The notes: generated by a model from the sequence alone, not told the origin. A DNA stretch of 63,586 bases, filler included, from Lama guanicoe (GCA_013239625.1; 134 parts of 134 records of this genome joined end to end with filler, not necessarily neighbours in it), one strand, 5' to 3'; positions 1-12,691 are shown, counted from the first letter of the whole stretch. Made by a program: numbers and translations.

Positions 1-373
1 GGGGAATGAGAGCCAGGGGAGAAGCCTGGGCAGTGGTGTGTTGGGGGAGTGTGTGTGTGCAAGATGAGCAGGATGCGACCAATGGAGGGAGAACCAGGAG
101 AGGAAAGATGAGACAGAGGAGAGGAGGAGGAGGCCTGTGGATGGGGAGTGTGTGGGACTTGGTAGCAGCATAGGGAAATCCCAGAAAGTTGGGCAAGTTT
201 GGGGGACTGACAGGTTGCTTTTGGGGAGCTCCTCGACAGTAGCCTTTATAGCAGTTGGGAAAGACCAAGGAGCCCAGAGAAATGGGGATTGGGAGGTGTC
301 AGAAGGCAGGAATGATGGGCCAGGCCAGGCAGGGGTATGAGGGGTGGTGAGGGACTAGGCCTGGGCTTGGTGC

Positions 374-473
374 NNNNNNNNNNNNNNNNNNNNNNNNNNN
401 NNNNNNNNNNNNNNNNNTTAATTAATTAANNNNNNNNNNNNNNNNNNNNNNNNNNNNNNNNNNNNNNNNNNNN
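374..473. other. Artificial contig linker N44-TTAATTAATTAA-N44 (first of ~133 copies)
   Basis: The same 100-bp block recurs about every 475 bp. The 12-mer is palindromic and gives TAA stops in all six frames. Confidence 0.99.
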
Positions 474-946
474 ACTATAAATCAATAAAATAAAATTTTA
501 AAAAAAAGCACGTGCTCTCCATCCTCCCTAGCCCCTGATAGCCCCTAATCCTCTTCTCTGTATTTGCCTCTCCTTGATATTTCTTATCAATGAAATCATA
601 CAAAAGGTGGTTTTTTGTGTCTGCCCACATATTTTAAGCAGAGACTCATGATTTTTTTTGTTTTTACGTGAAAGAGGTTTTTTTATTTGAAAGGGAAATC
701 CAGACAGATTAAAGGTGAAATGCACAAAATGAAGCTCTTTTAGTAACTATGTGCATAATACTGGAACAGAGGAGAACAAACCTGACTGCACATTGGCTCT
801 GCTCCTTTAGTTTTGACCACTGTGCCCTGTTTTCCAGGCTCAGTCTNNNNNNNNNNNNNNNNNNNNNNNNNNNNNNNNNNNNNNNNNNNNTTAATTAATT
901 AANNNNNNNNNNNNNNNNNNNNNNNNNNNNNNNNNNNNNNNNNNNN

Positions 947-1320
947 GCCCGCCGCCCGCGCCGCGCCCACCCGCCCCCGCCACTCACGGGCCGCTCCCGC
1001 GCCGCTATGTGGCCATCCCCGGCCGTCAGCTCGGCCGCCTCGGCCGCCGCCCGGGGGCTGCCCGGAGTCCGCAGTCGCCCGGGCGCTGGAGGCGCGGACG
1101 AGGGGGGCCGGGCACAACCCGCCGCCTCCGCCGCCGCCGTCTCCCCTCCTCGGTCCCAGCGCTGGGCTGCTCCAGGCGACCACGGGCGAAGGGCGGCCCG
1201 CTGCCCTCCGCAAGCCTCGGGAGCCGCCGCCGCCAGAGCCGCGCGGAGGCAACAGTAACAGCCACGGCCACTGGCGAGACGCTCCAGCCGGGACTGCGGC
1301 GCGCGGGGGCGGTGCCTGCA
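947..1320. promoter_or_regulatory. CpG-island fragment, probable promoter/5'UTR of an unidentified gene
   Basis: Very GC- and CpG-rich, with GC boxes (cccgcccc) and GCC runs. No recognisable protein. Confidence 0.7.
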
Positions 1321-1420
1321 NNNNNNNNNNNNNNNNNNNNNNNNNNNNNNNNNNNNNNNNNNNNTTAATTAATTAANNNNNNNNNNNNNNNNNNNNNNNN
1401 NNNNNNNNNNNNNNNNNNNN

Positions 1421-1522
1421 GTCATGCATGGATGTCCTGGGAGTCATGCATGGATGTCCTGGGAGTCATACACGGATGTCCTGGGAGTCATGCATGGATG
1501 TCCTGGGAGTCACGCATGGATG
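1421..1522. repeat. 22-bp minisatellite (gtcatgcatggatgtcctggga), ~4.6 copies
   Basis: Units start at 1421, 1443, 1465, 1487 and 1509. The array is truncated by the contig start. Confidence 0.95.
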
Positions 1523-2879
1523 ACAGAGTTGCAGGAGCCAGACAGACGTGATAGGTGTGGTGGGCCCACCGCCGTGGCTTCCTGGGAAGTGTAGCTTAGC
1601 TCTGCTAGCCCGTGTATTCCCACATTTCTCATCCCTTCTCATCTCATCTTCCTAACCTTCCCCCTCGTGTTGTTTCAGCTTTCCGCTTTCCAAGGGGAAA
1701 CCTGTAAAAAAAAATTTTAATGTATTGGATGATTTCCAATTTGCAGTTTCAGGTACGAAGCCCAGTGTGGGCTTTGTGAGGGAACAGCAAACCTNNNNNN
1801 NNNNNNNNNNNNNNNNNNNNNNNNNNNNNNNNNNNNNNTTAATTAATTAANNNNNNNNNNNNNNNNNNNNNNNNNNNNNNNNNNNNNNNNNNNNTTCTGT
1901 TCTTGGTGCCTGAAATGTGTCCTCTTCCAAAACATCATGTTGTGTGGATTCTGGAAGGCAGACTTAGGCACAGACCCTCACCCTGCATCCCAGACTGCTC
2001 CTGAGAGGATGCTAACAACCTCATCAACTGGAGAGACAGCTGGAGCCCTCCGCTGCAAGGATCTCCTACACTTTGAAGCTTAAAGATCCTGGGGAGATGT
2101 GTAGGAGGAGGCTGCCTTCCCCATTGTCACCAGGTCCAGGGGAGATCAGAATCTCAGCACCCTAGAGCATTCCTAGGACCCACCATGACTTCCTGAGCAG
2201 CCCAGGGAGAACTGTCCTCTCTTCCCGTCCAATCTGGATCACTTTTATTTCTTTTTCTTGTCTAATTGNNNNNNNNNNNNNNNNNNNNNNNNNNNNNNNN
2301 NNNNNNNNNNNNTTAATTAATTAANNNNNNNNNNNNNNNNNNNNNNNNNNNNNNNNNNNNNNNNNNNNGGGTAAGGACTTCAGACTGCGGCCTGAAACAT
2401 GGGATGCTCAAGGGCTGCCACCAGACCCCGCATCACTGATGGCGCTGGGTGTCAAAGAGCGAGCCATGTTAGTGCCCTGAGACCTTTTCCGCAATAATGT
2501 GGACTTGCTGAAAAACAAGAGAACGCCAAGGGGAGGTCGGGGTTCAAGGTCAGCGAGGAGTAGCTTCACTGGAAAGCCTTCTAGTACTTCAGGTTTCCTT
2601 CCGAAGGCTTAACTGCATTACTGATGTTTGTGCTCCAAGTACACAGACACCTTAGGTCAGGAGGACGTTAGGTGTAAGGTGGACAGTCAAGGCGGTCCTT
2701 CATCCAGGAGGAAGCCTCCAGGAACAGCCCCTGGCCAGCTGNNNNNNNNNNNNNNNNNNNNNNNNNNNNNNNNNNNNNNNNNNNNTTAATTAATTAANNN
2801 NNNNNNNNNNNNNNNNNNNNNNNNNNNNNNNNNNNNNNNNNTAAAACAAAGAGCATGAAGTTACACCCATCTAAGCATA

Positions 2880-3190
2880 TCGATAATCTTATTAAATGTA
2901 AATGATCTGAACATACCAATTAAAAGCCAGTGATAGACTGGATTAAAAAAAGAAGACAACTGTACACTGTCTACAGGAAGTGTACTTTATATGAAGACAC
3001 ACAGAGGTTAAGAGTAAAGGGTGAGAAGACACATACCATGGTAATACTGGTCAAAAGAAAGCTGGAGTGACTATGGCAATATCAGGCAAAGTAGATTTCA
3101 GAACAAAGAATATTACCAAGGCTGAAGAGGGTTACTTCCAAATGATAGGAGAGGTCAGTTAATCATCACAACATTAACAATCCTGCCTGT
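2880..3190 (+). mobile_element. Degenerate LINE-1 ORF2 5' (endonuclease) fragment
   Basis: Motifs ttaaatgtaaatg...ccaattaaaag, ctgtctacagga, aaagaaagctggagtg and aaagtagatttcaga match the start of L1 ORF2. Confidence 0.85.
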
Positions 3191-3315
3191 TTCTGCCCTT
3201 AAAAATAGGACTTTGNNNNNNNNNNNNNNNNNNNNNNNNNNNNNNNNNNNNNNNNNNNNTTAATTAATTAANNNNNNNNNNNNNNNNNNNNNNNNNNNNN
3301 NNNNNNNNNNNNNNN

Positions 3316-3688
3316 TGTATGTGTTTCTCCTGCAACACTTTCCTTTGTGCTAAATGAACAAACTTCTCTCTACATACTCAGTTCTCAGATATATCTGTGT
3401 GTGAAAGCCTTTATTTACTTAGCTTGTGGGAACACAAAGTTCCTTTTAAGTTTCAAAATCCACTGTATATATATATAATATATATATAGAAATTTAATAA
3501 CTCCAAAACATTTTTGCTGAGGGTTAAGTGTGTGTGAAAGCCGCCCTTCACCTAGCTTGTTGGGAACACAAGGTTTTTTCAGTTGCAAAATCACTACATA
3601 CATAAATATGGGGAGGTACTGACTCCAACTCTGTATTAGAGTGAAAACTGCAGGAACTTCAAACAGCATTAGGAAACAGACTGAGAAT
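3316..3688 (-). repeat. Satellite DNA fragment, same family as 29408-29782
   Basis: The reverse complement aligns by eye with 29408-29782. The motif agcttgt(t)gggaacacaa occurs at 3421 and 3554. Confidence 0.8.
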
Positions 3689-3799
3689 NNNNNNNNNNNN
3701 NNNNNNNNNNNNNNNNNNNNNNNNNNNNNNNNTTAATTAATTAANNNNNNNNNNNNNNNNNNNNNNNNNNNNNNNNNNNNNNNNNNNNTATATATATGG

Positions 3800-4162
3800 G
3801 TGTTTTTGCAATAAAGACCAAGTAGTTGGAACATCAAAACATTACTGTAAATTAAAGAAAACCAGATATCTCAAGTTATGGAATTTAGTGCCTTTCTATG
3901 TATGGGAAGGTGCAAAGGTATGGAATTATTATAAAGGAATTATTATTTAAATAATTCCTTTGATATGCACCTAGCTATTGAGAGCCAGTATCCTGTTCTT
4001 CCCCAGCCTGAGTTCTCTCAAGGTGCACCGCTGGTGATGGCAGCAGAGGAGGGCTGCCTGCTTGTCTGCATGCTGAGTTCCCTCCACTCACTGCTGGGGC
4101 TGGTGGTGGCAGCTCATGACTTGATGGCCACAACATTCCTTGTTTACTGATATGGCTGCCAG
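3800..4162. mobile_element. ERV1-type LTR fragment
   Basis: aaagaaaaccagatatctcaagtt...gaatttagtgcctttctatgtatgggaagg resembles recalled laurasiatherian ERV1 LTRs. Family not assigned. Confidence 0.6.
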
Positions 4163-4261
4163 NNNNNNNNNNNNNNNNNNNNNNNNNNNNNNNNNNNNNN
4201 NNNNNNTTAATTAATTAANNNNNNNNNNNNNNNNNNNNNNNNNNNNNNNNNNNNNNNNNNN

Positions 4262-4460
4262 NTTTGAATTTCTCCTGTACCTACCCTGTTCTTTCTATCT
4301 CCACTGCCGCTGCCTTAGGTAAAGCCCTCATCATCTCTCACTTGAATTATTTCAATAATTCCTTTCTTGCCTGCAGTTTTCACATGCTTCAATATATCCT
4401 CCAAACCATCTGTAGAATGATACTTTCAATACACAACCTTAATCATGTTACTCTTTTCTC
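4262..4460 (+). mobile_element. LINE-2 fragment
   Basis: ctccactgcc...agccctcatcatctctcacttgaattatttcaata...aatcatgttactc is the typical L2 3' region. Confidence 0.7.
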
Positions 4461-6321
4461 AAAATGTATTTGGTGTTCCACATCCTCCACTGAAATATAA
4501 GGCTTTTCACGATCTAGATTGTGTATGTTCATCTATCCACATTTCCTAATATTCACTAGTCACTTCCCCTTCCTAATATACACTAGTCATCTTGAACCAT
4601 TAAGATTCCCCATATGTACTATCATGCTTCATGCTTNNNNNNNNNNNNNNNNNNNNNNNNNNNNNNNNNNNNNNNNNNNNTTAATTAATTAANNNNNNNN
4701 NNNNNNNNNNNNNNNNNNNNNNNNNNNNNNNNNNNNAAAAAAAATAGTCTTGAAAGAATTTTGTTGTGTTTTGCTAATTAGTGTTTAGCATACTAGGTGT
4801 CATGATGCTGGGAGTTTAAACCATGTGAAAATTTTTATTTTATAAGGATACACTCCCAAGATGATAAATCTTGACTATCCAAGATTTACCAGTGTATCAA
4901 GACTAGAAACACCTTACCCCCCAAAATAGAGAAATAAGTAAACTGAGTGTAACAGCAAGAAAATGCAAGGGGGATAGATTGGGATAGAAAATAATTAGTA
5001 CTTGTTATAAATAATGTGACCATATAATTTACTAGACAATGCATATCGCGTCTGACAATGAAAGAAAGTACTTACCTATACGATCACAAGAAAACAGGCA
5101 CAACCCAAGANNNNNNNNNNNNNNNNNNNNNNNNNNNNNNNNNNNNNNNNNNNNTTAATTAATTAANNNNNNNNNNNNNNNNNNNNNNNNNNNNNNNNNN
5201 NNNNNNNNNNTCAAGATTTATATGTAAAATTACTAATAATTTGGATTTTGAGCAGTATATTTTCATAAATATTCTACAGGTCACATCCATATTTTTAGCA
5301 GATTTTTTGGGGAGACAGAAGGTAACTCACAATATTACTCTCACTTGAAAGAAGAAACAGTCACATTAACACAATATAAAGGTGCTGAAAAACTGTACAA
5401 TAAAGTAACAAAGGAATCTTATTCCAGCATTTTAAGACATAATAAATGAAAAAGCCAAAATATTTTCACAGTTCAGTTGGCTTCATGTATGCTGAGTTGC
5501 ATTTGAGTTTAGAAAGTACATAGCTATGAAGCGTACAGCTGGCTATGTTTATTGACTGTAGGTAAGAAAATGGTAAGAGCATCANNNNNNNNNNNNNNNN
5601 NNNNNNNNNNNNNNNNNNNNNNNNNNNNTTAATTAATTAANNNNNNNNNNNNNNNNNNNNNNNNNNNNNNNNNNNNNNNNNNNNCCGGAGGCTGCAGGAT
5701 GCGCTCCAAACACAACGGCCCCGGGATTGTGCGCAAAGCACTGCCGGGCAGAGGTAAGGCAGGAGCGGGTGTCTGTCGTTCTGGCTCTTGGGCAGGGGTA
5801 GCTGGAACTTAGGGTCTGTTGGGGAAATCTGGTGAGGGCGCTGATGCCCCTGACAGCGCCTCTGCGGGCCTCCCCCTTCCCTGGATGGGCAGACCTGGGG
5901 CAGCCCTGTGGGGGACTGGGGCAAGCTTGTCTCTTCGAGGATCTTCAGAAGCCCTACCTGAAGCCATCTGAAGCACCTGGAAGTAGACCACATTCTCGCC
6001 CCAGAAGTGAGGAGAGGGCATGGCTGAGGGAGCGCACTGACTCTGCCCGACTCTGGTTNNNNNNNNNNNNNNNNNNNNNNNNNNNNNNNNNNNNNNNNNN
6101 NNTTAATTAATTAANNNNNNNNNNNNNNNNNNNNNNNNNNNNNNNNNNNNNNNNNNNNTCGAGATAGAAACTCTAGCATTCTTAATGGAAAGGACAGTGA
6201 ATGTCTTTAGACCGCAGGGCAGGGAAGATTTCTTAAGCAGAGCGAGGAATGCACTTACCGTAAAGACCTATGTAGCTGACTATATTACAATTAAGAATTT
6301 TATTTCTCAAAAGACACCTTA

Positions 6322-6413
6322 GGGGAGGGTATAGCTCAGTGGGAGAGTGCGTGCTCAGCATGTACAATGTCCAGGGTTCAGTCTCCAGTACCTCCATCAA
6401 AAGATAAATAAAT
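6322..6413 (+). mobile_element. Camelid tRNA-derived SINE (Vic-1 type)
   Basis: ggggagggtatagctcagtgggagagtgcgtgctcagcatg...ccagggttcagtctccagtacctcc with A box, degenerate B box and a (taaa)n tail. Matches the recalled camelid SINE consensus. Confidence 0.85.
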
Positions 6414-8528
6414 ATCCCACTTGTTGGCACGTGAAGCTCCCCAGCCCATAAAAGCAGGCAGCACCATGCCTGGTGGCCTCCTTCACTCCCTCGTATACCA
6501 AGATGGTAGGAATTCTGTCTATGGAGTGTGTANNNNNNNNNNNNNNNNNNNNNNNNNNNNNNNNNNNNNNNNNNNNTTAATTAATTAANNNNNNNNNNNN
6601 NNNNNNNNNNNNNNNNNNNNNNNNNNNNNNNNGTCAGCTAAGTCTCCTCTAAGTCAATTACTTCTCCAGCAGAGTCTAGTCATGCAAATAATTTAATACT
6701 GTAGGTGAAAATGAGACAGAGACAGACAGGGAGAAGGCAAAGGGGAGGGAGAGAAGACTGGAGGAGAGGAGAGAAACGAAGAGAGACAGTAAGAGCACTG
6801 TGTGTCACGTTGCTGGGTAGTTCCACGGACACGTGCAAACTGTACATGAATGTTAAAGATGAAATTACAGATGATAAGCTATACTGATGTACTGACGTGT
6901 ATTTAGCCAATTAAGTGAAGTCCTGTTCCTTTGTATTCTCGATAGTTACGAATGATTTAATGTCTGAATTTTCTAAAGACTGTTTCTAAAGTACATGGCT
7001 TAAAACNNNNNNNNNNNNNNNNNNNNNNNNNNNNNNNNNNNNNNNNNNNNTTAATTAATTAANNNNNNNNNNNNNNNNNNNNNNNNNNNNNNNNNNNNNN
7101 NNNNNNACTTTTATATATAAAATATGTTGATTTCTTAAATATCAACACTTTGAGAATTCATGGCAATGACAAATTAATTTCTTTCAATATAAATAATGTT
7201 TTAACAATAAATATTCAAATAATTTTTTTAAAATCCCATCCCAAAATCAGGACTATACGTTAGAAGTAATCATCTAAATTTAGTATGGCTTGTATTCAAG
7301 TTTCTGTTATTTCCTTAGGTCATTTTAGCTAACTTGTCTTGTACATTATGGAGACCTGAGGCCACAAAATGTGACATACAAGAGTGTCCACTAAAAAGGG
7401 CATTCCCAGAAGAGCTCTCAAACTCAGTCATTCCTGAGACAATGTGCCATTAAACACTGTTACAATCTTCAAAAGTGACTNNNNNNNNNNNNNNNNNNNN
7501 NNNNNNNNNNNNNNNNNNNNNNNNTTAATTAATTAANNNNNNNNNNNNNNNNNNNNNNNNNNNNNNNNNNNNNNNNNNNNGCCCTGAAGCTGGGTGATGT
7601 CAAGGAGCAGAGGGTGAGCAGGGCCACACTTGGTGGAGGCTGGCTTTGAGCAAGAGCATGGGGGCTGGGGAGCGAGATCCTCGGGGGCTGAAGGAGCGCC
7701 TGGTTTCCTGCTCTGGGCCTGCTCCCCCCCTTGCCCTGCCCTGTGTTTTCTGTGAGGCCCCACCCCGGGCGGAGGCGGGGGGCAGGGCATGAGCTGAGGC
7801 ATCTGCCAGGGATGGTCCTGACATCTATGCCCCTGTTCACCCCACAGGGTGTCCCATGTAGACTACAGGCACAGTGAGGTGTCGCCTCTCACCACAGAGG
7901 ACCCTAAAGATGCTTGTGACTCATCACGTGAGACTACCATGACTCTGGCCACCTNNNNNNNNNNNNNNNNNNNNNNNNNNNNNNNNNNNNNNNNNNNNTT
8001 AATTAATTAANNNNNNNNNNNNNNNNNNNNNNNNNNNNNNNNNNNNNNNNNNNNCCGGAGCCAAAGAATCTTGAAAGTCTGTTCCTGATCTCAAATGTGT
8101 CAGACTTAAAGACTGCAAATGATAAATGGATGAGATTTTTAAGGGGACGTGGAAGTCCTGTGTCACCAAGGCAGGATTGGAGCACATCACGAGGACTCAG
8201 TCAGAAGTACTAACTCCTCTTTCCAAACTCACAACTAAGGCTTAGGGGCCGATGGACCTGGAATTGCTGTCGAACGTCTCAAGGTCTCTTTTCAAGTTGC
8301 TTAGTGGGGAGGGAGGGGCACACTGTGTTTTTCAACCAACTCCATTCTCTCCTCAGATAATTGTCAATGCTGGAAATACATCTTTGAAGTTAAAACAATA
8401 AACTTACTTGGCTCCCCAGAGATTCTGANNNNNNNNNNNNNNNNNNNNNNNNNNNNNNNNNNNNNNNNNNNNTTAATTAATTAANNNNNNNNNNNNNNNN
8501 NNNNNNNNNNNNNNNNNNNNNNNNNNNN

Positions 8529-8899
8529 GGAAAACAGTATGGAGATTCCTCAAAAAACTAAAAATAGACTTATCATAGGATCCAGCAATCTTACTCCTGA
8601 GCATATATCTGGAGAGAACTCTAATTCAAAAAGATATATGCACCCCAACGTTCATAGAAGTGCTGTTTACAATAGCCAAGACATGAAAACAACCTAAAAT
8701 CCCATTGACAGATAACTGGATAAAGAAACTGTGGTGTATTTATACAATGGGCTACTACTCAGCCATAAAAAGCAGAATAAAATAATACCATTTGTAGCAA
8801 CATGAATGGACCTGGAGGTAGTCATTCTAAGTGAAGTAAGCCAGGAAGAGAGAGAAAAACACCATATGATATCACTTATATGTGGAATCTAAAAAAAAA
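8529..8899 (+). mobile_element. LINE-1 ORF2 3' end / 3'UTR
   Basis: ggaaaacagtatggagattcctcaaaaaactaaaaatagac...gatccagcaatc...ctaagtgaagtaagccag...tcacttatatgtggaatctaaaaa. Confidence 0.95.
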
Positions 8900-10421
8900 N
8901 NNNNNNNNNNNNNNNNNNNNNNNNNNNNNNNNNNNNNNNNNNNTTAATTAATTAANNNNNNNNNNNNNNNNNNNNNNNNNNNNNNNNNNNNNNNNNNNNC
9001 CCCCAGGCCATGATGCAGGGGAGATGGGGGCAAATGCTGCCCCAGGTTCGTGGGACACTTGCTTCCAGGTGAGTTGGCTCCTGGGAGGCGGGCGCAGTCC
9101 TGTGGCCTGTTCTGGGGGCGGCCTCTGCTGCCCCAGGTTCACTGGTCACATGTCTTCATGTCAGCCTGCTCCTGGGAGGAGGGTGCAGTGCGGTCAGTGG
9201 GCAGCGTCAGCAGGAGGCAAGGACCTTAAGAGGACTGGGCTCTAGCCCAGGATAACTCACTCTCCTCTTCTTGTTTCTTTAGGTAGTGACTGTAGTGACT
9301 TTTCCATTATAGACTATTATGAGATATTGAGCATAGGTCTCTGTGCTATACAGAAGAGACTTTTAAAAAAAAANNNNNNNNNNNNNNNNNNNNNNNNNNN
9401 NNNNNNNNNNNNNNNNNTTAATTAATTAANNNNNNNNNNNNNNNNNNNNNNNNNNNNNNNNNNNNNNNNNNNNACTTTATACACACACTATTTTACTGTG
9501 TGTAAAAAATACAGGAAAAAAATACAGTTTCAGGCAGCAGTAAATATAATTCCTAATAATAGTATCATAGCACCTAAGCTTTCCCCATGGAATATATATA
9601 TATGTATATGTATTTTTTTTATTCTAACAGCAAACTGTAACTTAACAAAGGATTCAACAAAGCATGTCCAAACACTAACATGAGGCCTGTCCCTCTGACA
9701 ACATAACGAGTCTGACCTTTCTGAATTGTTACCCCTGATTTTCCCCTGTTTCCATTGCCTTGCCTTCATCTTGCAGCATGTAAAATAAATTGCTCTGTTC
9801 AGAAATACTCACTCCAGAAAAGAAATAACCTTACACATTAGAAAGAANNNNNNNNNNNNNNNNNNNNNNNNNNNNNNNNNNNNNNNNNNNNTTAATTAAT
9901 TAANNNNNNNNNNNNNNNNNNNNNNNNNNNNNNNNNNNNNNNNNNNNGCAATGTGACTTAAAGTCTTTAGGTCTTTCATCTCAGGTATTAAAGTTAGTTA
10001 TGCAGGGGTGAGTACTTCCTGGCTGAACATGGATGCTGTGATTGTCACTTTCTGTTCTCTGATCCTACAGTGTGTGCAGTTTACAGCACTTGGAAGTACA
10101 TCCGGGCCGTGACGTGGAGTGTTTTTGGCTACTGTCTAGATCTTTGTAATGAATGCTTTCCATGTGCTCTGTTATTTCGTGACGTGGTTGTATTTTTCGA
10201 CCTATTGGAAGATCCTTTGCCTCCAATTTGTATTACAAACTATGCTGTTATTTTCGAATTAGACACAACACACACTGAGTTCCTCCTGGGCGGGGTCACA
10301 TTTGTACATCCTAGTTCCCTGNNNNNNNNNNNNNNNNNNNNNNNNNNNNNNNNNNNNNNNNNNNNTTAATTAATTAANNNNNNNNNNNNNNNNNNNNNNN
10401 NNNNNNNNNNNNNNNNNNNNN

Positions 10422-10630
10422 CTTCTGGTGAACAGCACAATGTCCCAGTCATACATATACATACATATATGCGTTTTTGTATTCATTTTCATTAAAGGTT
10501 ATTGTAAGATTGAATGTAGCTGCCTGTATTATACAGAAGAAATTTTTCAATCTGTTTTCACACATAGTGGTTAGTATTTGCAAATCCCAAATTAATCCCT
10601 TCCCACCTCCTTTCCCTGGTAACGGTAAGA
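10422..10630 (-). mobile_element. LINE-1 3'UTR fragment
   Basis: acagcacaatgtcccagtcatacatatacat...tatacagaagaaat...ttccctggtaac. Related pieces at 9300-9373 and 23042-23133. Confidence 0.75.
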
Positions 10631-12317
10631 TTAGAATATTAAAGACAGACGTGCAGTTGTGTGTTGATGTCCTTAATGCCTGCTGACAGAAACTATTTTT
10701 TTCTTAGATGCAATACTTAGTTTATTTTCATTATTTTAAAATATAATATTGAAGTAACAGGCTATAAAGTATTTCTGAATATATTATTTCCCCATNNNNN
10801 NNNNNNNNNNNNNNNNNNNNNNNNNNNNNNNNNNNNNNNTTAATTAATTAANNNNNNNNNNNNNNNNNNNNNNNNNNNNNNNNNNNNNNNNNNNNACTAC
10901 CATTTAGGAGTATCTTGAGGTTTAAGGTTCCTGGAAACCTCCTGATTAGAATTTCCATGCGAGTAACTTAGGACTTTTGGGGGCAGAATAAGAGTTTAGA
11001 GATGGAGGTAGTCAGTGTATTCACATTTTCTAAAATAAAAGTAAAGCCAACATGATTACTACATTAAATTACAATATAACTTACTCATTTGAAATATTTA
11101 CAATATTATATACTTGTTATCTCTCAACTGTAAATCTCTGGAAGTTTTCTCCTCTTGAATTATATGAAATATCTGTAAATTGGTTTTGCTTTTGTACAGA
11201 TAGGATAGCCTTTACTGGGTGTCTTTCTTAAAGCATTGTTTTGTTCTGGCAGGCAGTTACTCTTCTGGANNNNNNNNNNNNNNNNNNNNNNNNNNNNNNN
11301 NNNNNNNNNNNNNTTAATTAATTAANNNNNNNNNNNNNNNNNNNNNNNNNNNNNNNNNNNNNNNNNNNNTTAGGACCCAAACAGGATCTTGTATAGGGCC
11401 ACACTGAATGCCAAGGACAGAGTCAGCACAAGCATCCAGTCTTTTCAAGCCCTTTCCTCCCTACACAGGGAAATCTGTGCATCTGCAGCCAAATGAAGAT
11501 TTAAGCTCTGGCAGCCTTGGCTCTGCCCCCATCAAACTAGAGCTCACTGAACTGTTTGATCATAAGTAGCTTCTTTGATTTTTAAACTGGTTAAATATGA
11601 TGAAACTCTGTGCAGCAACTTGCAAATGAACCCCCCAGAAAGACAAAGGCCTTTGAAATGGACATTTCAAATGAGCTAAGTAGGCAGAGAAGCCTGCAAG
11701 TAATTCTTCATATTTCATGGGGACTTGGCTTTTCACGAATTCANNNNNNNNNNNNNNNNNNNNNNNNNNNNNNNNNNNNNNNNNNNNTTAATTAATTAAN
11801 NNNNNNNNNNNNNNNNNNNNNNNNNNNNNNNNNNNNNNNNNNNAGAGAAATGAAAACAAATTCCATGCAGAGACATGTATGCACACATACATACATAAAC
11901 AGAAAGAGGGGGCAGTGAGGGACGGTAGGCACTAAAAATCGGGAAGAAATGATAACAATTGGTAAATTTGAATCAATGAATATAGGACTGTCTGTTAGTA
12001 TGCTTGTAATGTATCTCTAAGTTTGAAAATACAACAAAATTTTTAATTACCCGCCCCCAAAAAGGACAAGAATATCGTGTAGAACCTGCATCTGTCACCC
12101 TCAATGAAGACCATGTACAGTTTCAAATTTTCCAGTAAACTGTAGTAATTTTAATAAAACCATTTCAAGAATACTTTTTGTTATTAAACCAATACAGTGT
12201 CCTCTAAAATATTTTTTNNNNNNNNNNNNNNNNNNNNNNNNNNNNNNNNNNNNNNNNNNNNTTAATTAATTAANNNNNNNNNNNNNNNNNNNNNNNNNNN
12301 NNNNNNNNNNNNNNNNN

Positions 12318-12691
12318 GCGTAGGGTCCACGCTCGGGAGGCGGGCTCACAGGAAACGGCGCACCAGCCCTCGCCCCCTCAGCGCGCCAGAGCTCTGCTCC
12401 TTGTTTGTCTCAGAGGCTCACGTTCACAGAGGCACCGGGGCGGAAGGTTCCCCTCTGCCTGGGGCTGTAAATAAGTCTCAGTCCCGCCTGAGAGGTTGTG
12501 GAGCTCCCAGGTACGTGTTCAGGCTTGGACCCCTGCTACGGCTGGGAGCCGCGCACCGGAGAATATGGCGGCCGCGTGGCTCTTCTCCCGAGTAATGGCG
12601 CCGGTAAAGGCGCCGCGGGTCTGAGGAGACAGAGGCTACGGCGCCCCTCCCCCAGGGCACACCAGCAGTGTTGCTTTGCTTGTTTTTTTTT
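12318..12691 (+). promoter_or_regulatory. CpG-island promoter/first-exon fragment, gene unidentified
   Basis: CpG-rich, with an ETS-like gcggaagg and two ATGGCG (YY1/start-like) motifs followed by a possible donor (ccg|gtaaag). Confidence 0.55.

Noticed and set aside
899..1368. Overlapping GC-rich ORFs, and other ORFs ending in X-runs or LIN
   Set aside because: These arise from the scarcity of stops in CpG islands and from read-through into the N linker. No recognisable proteins.
6322..6395. Functional tRNA gene
   Set aside because: The B box and stems are degenerate and there is an A-rich tail, which fits a SINE.
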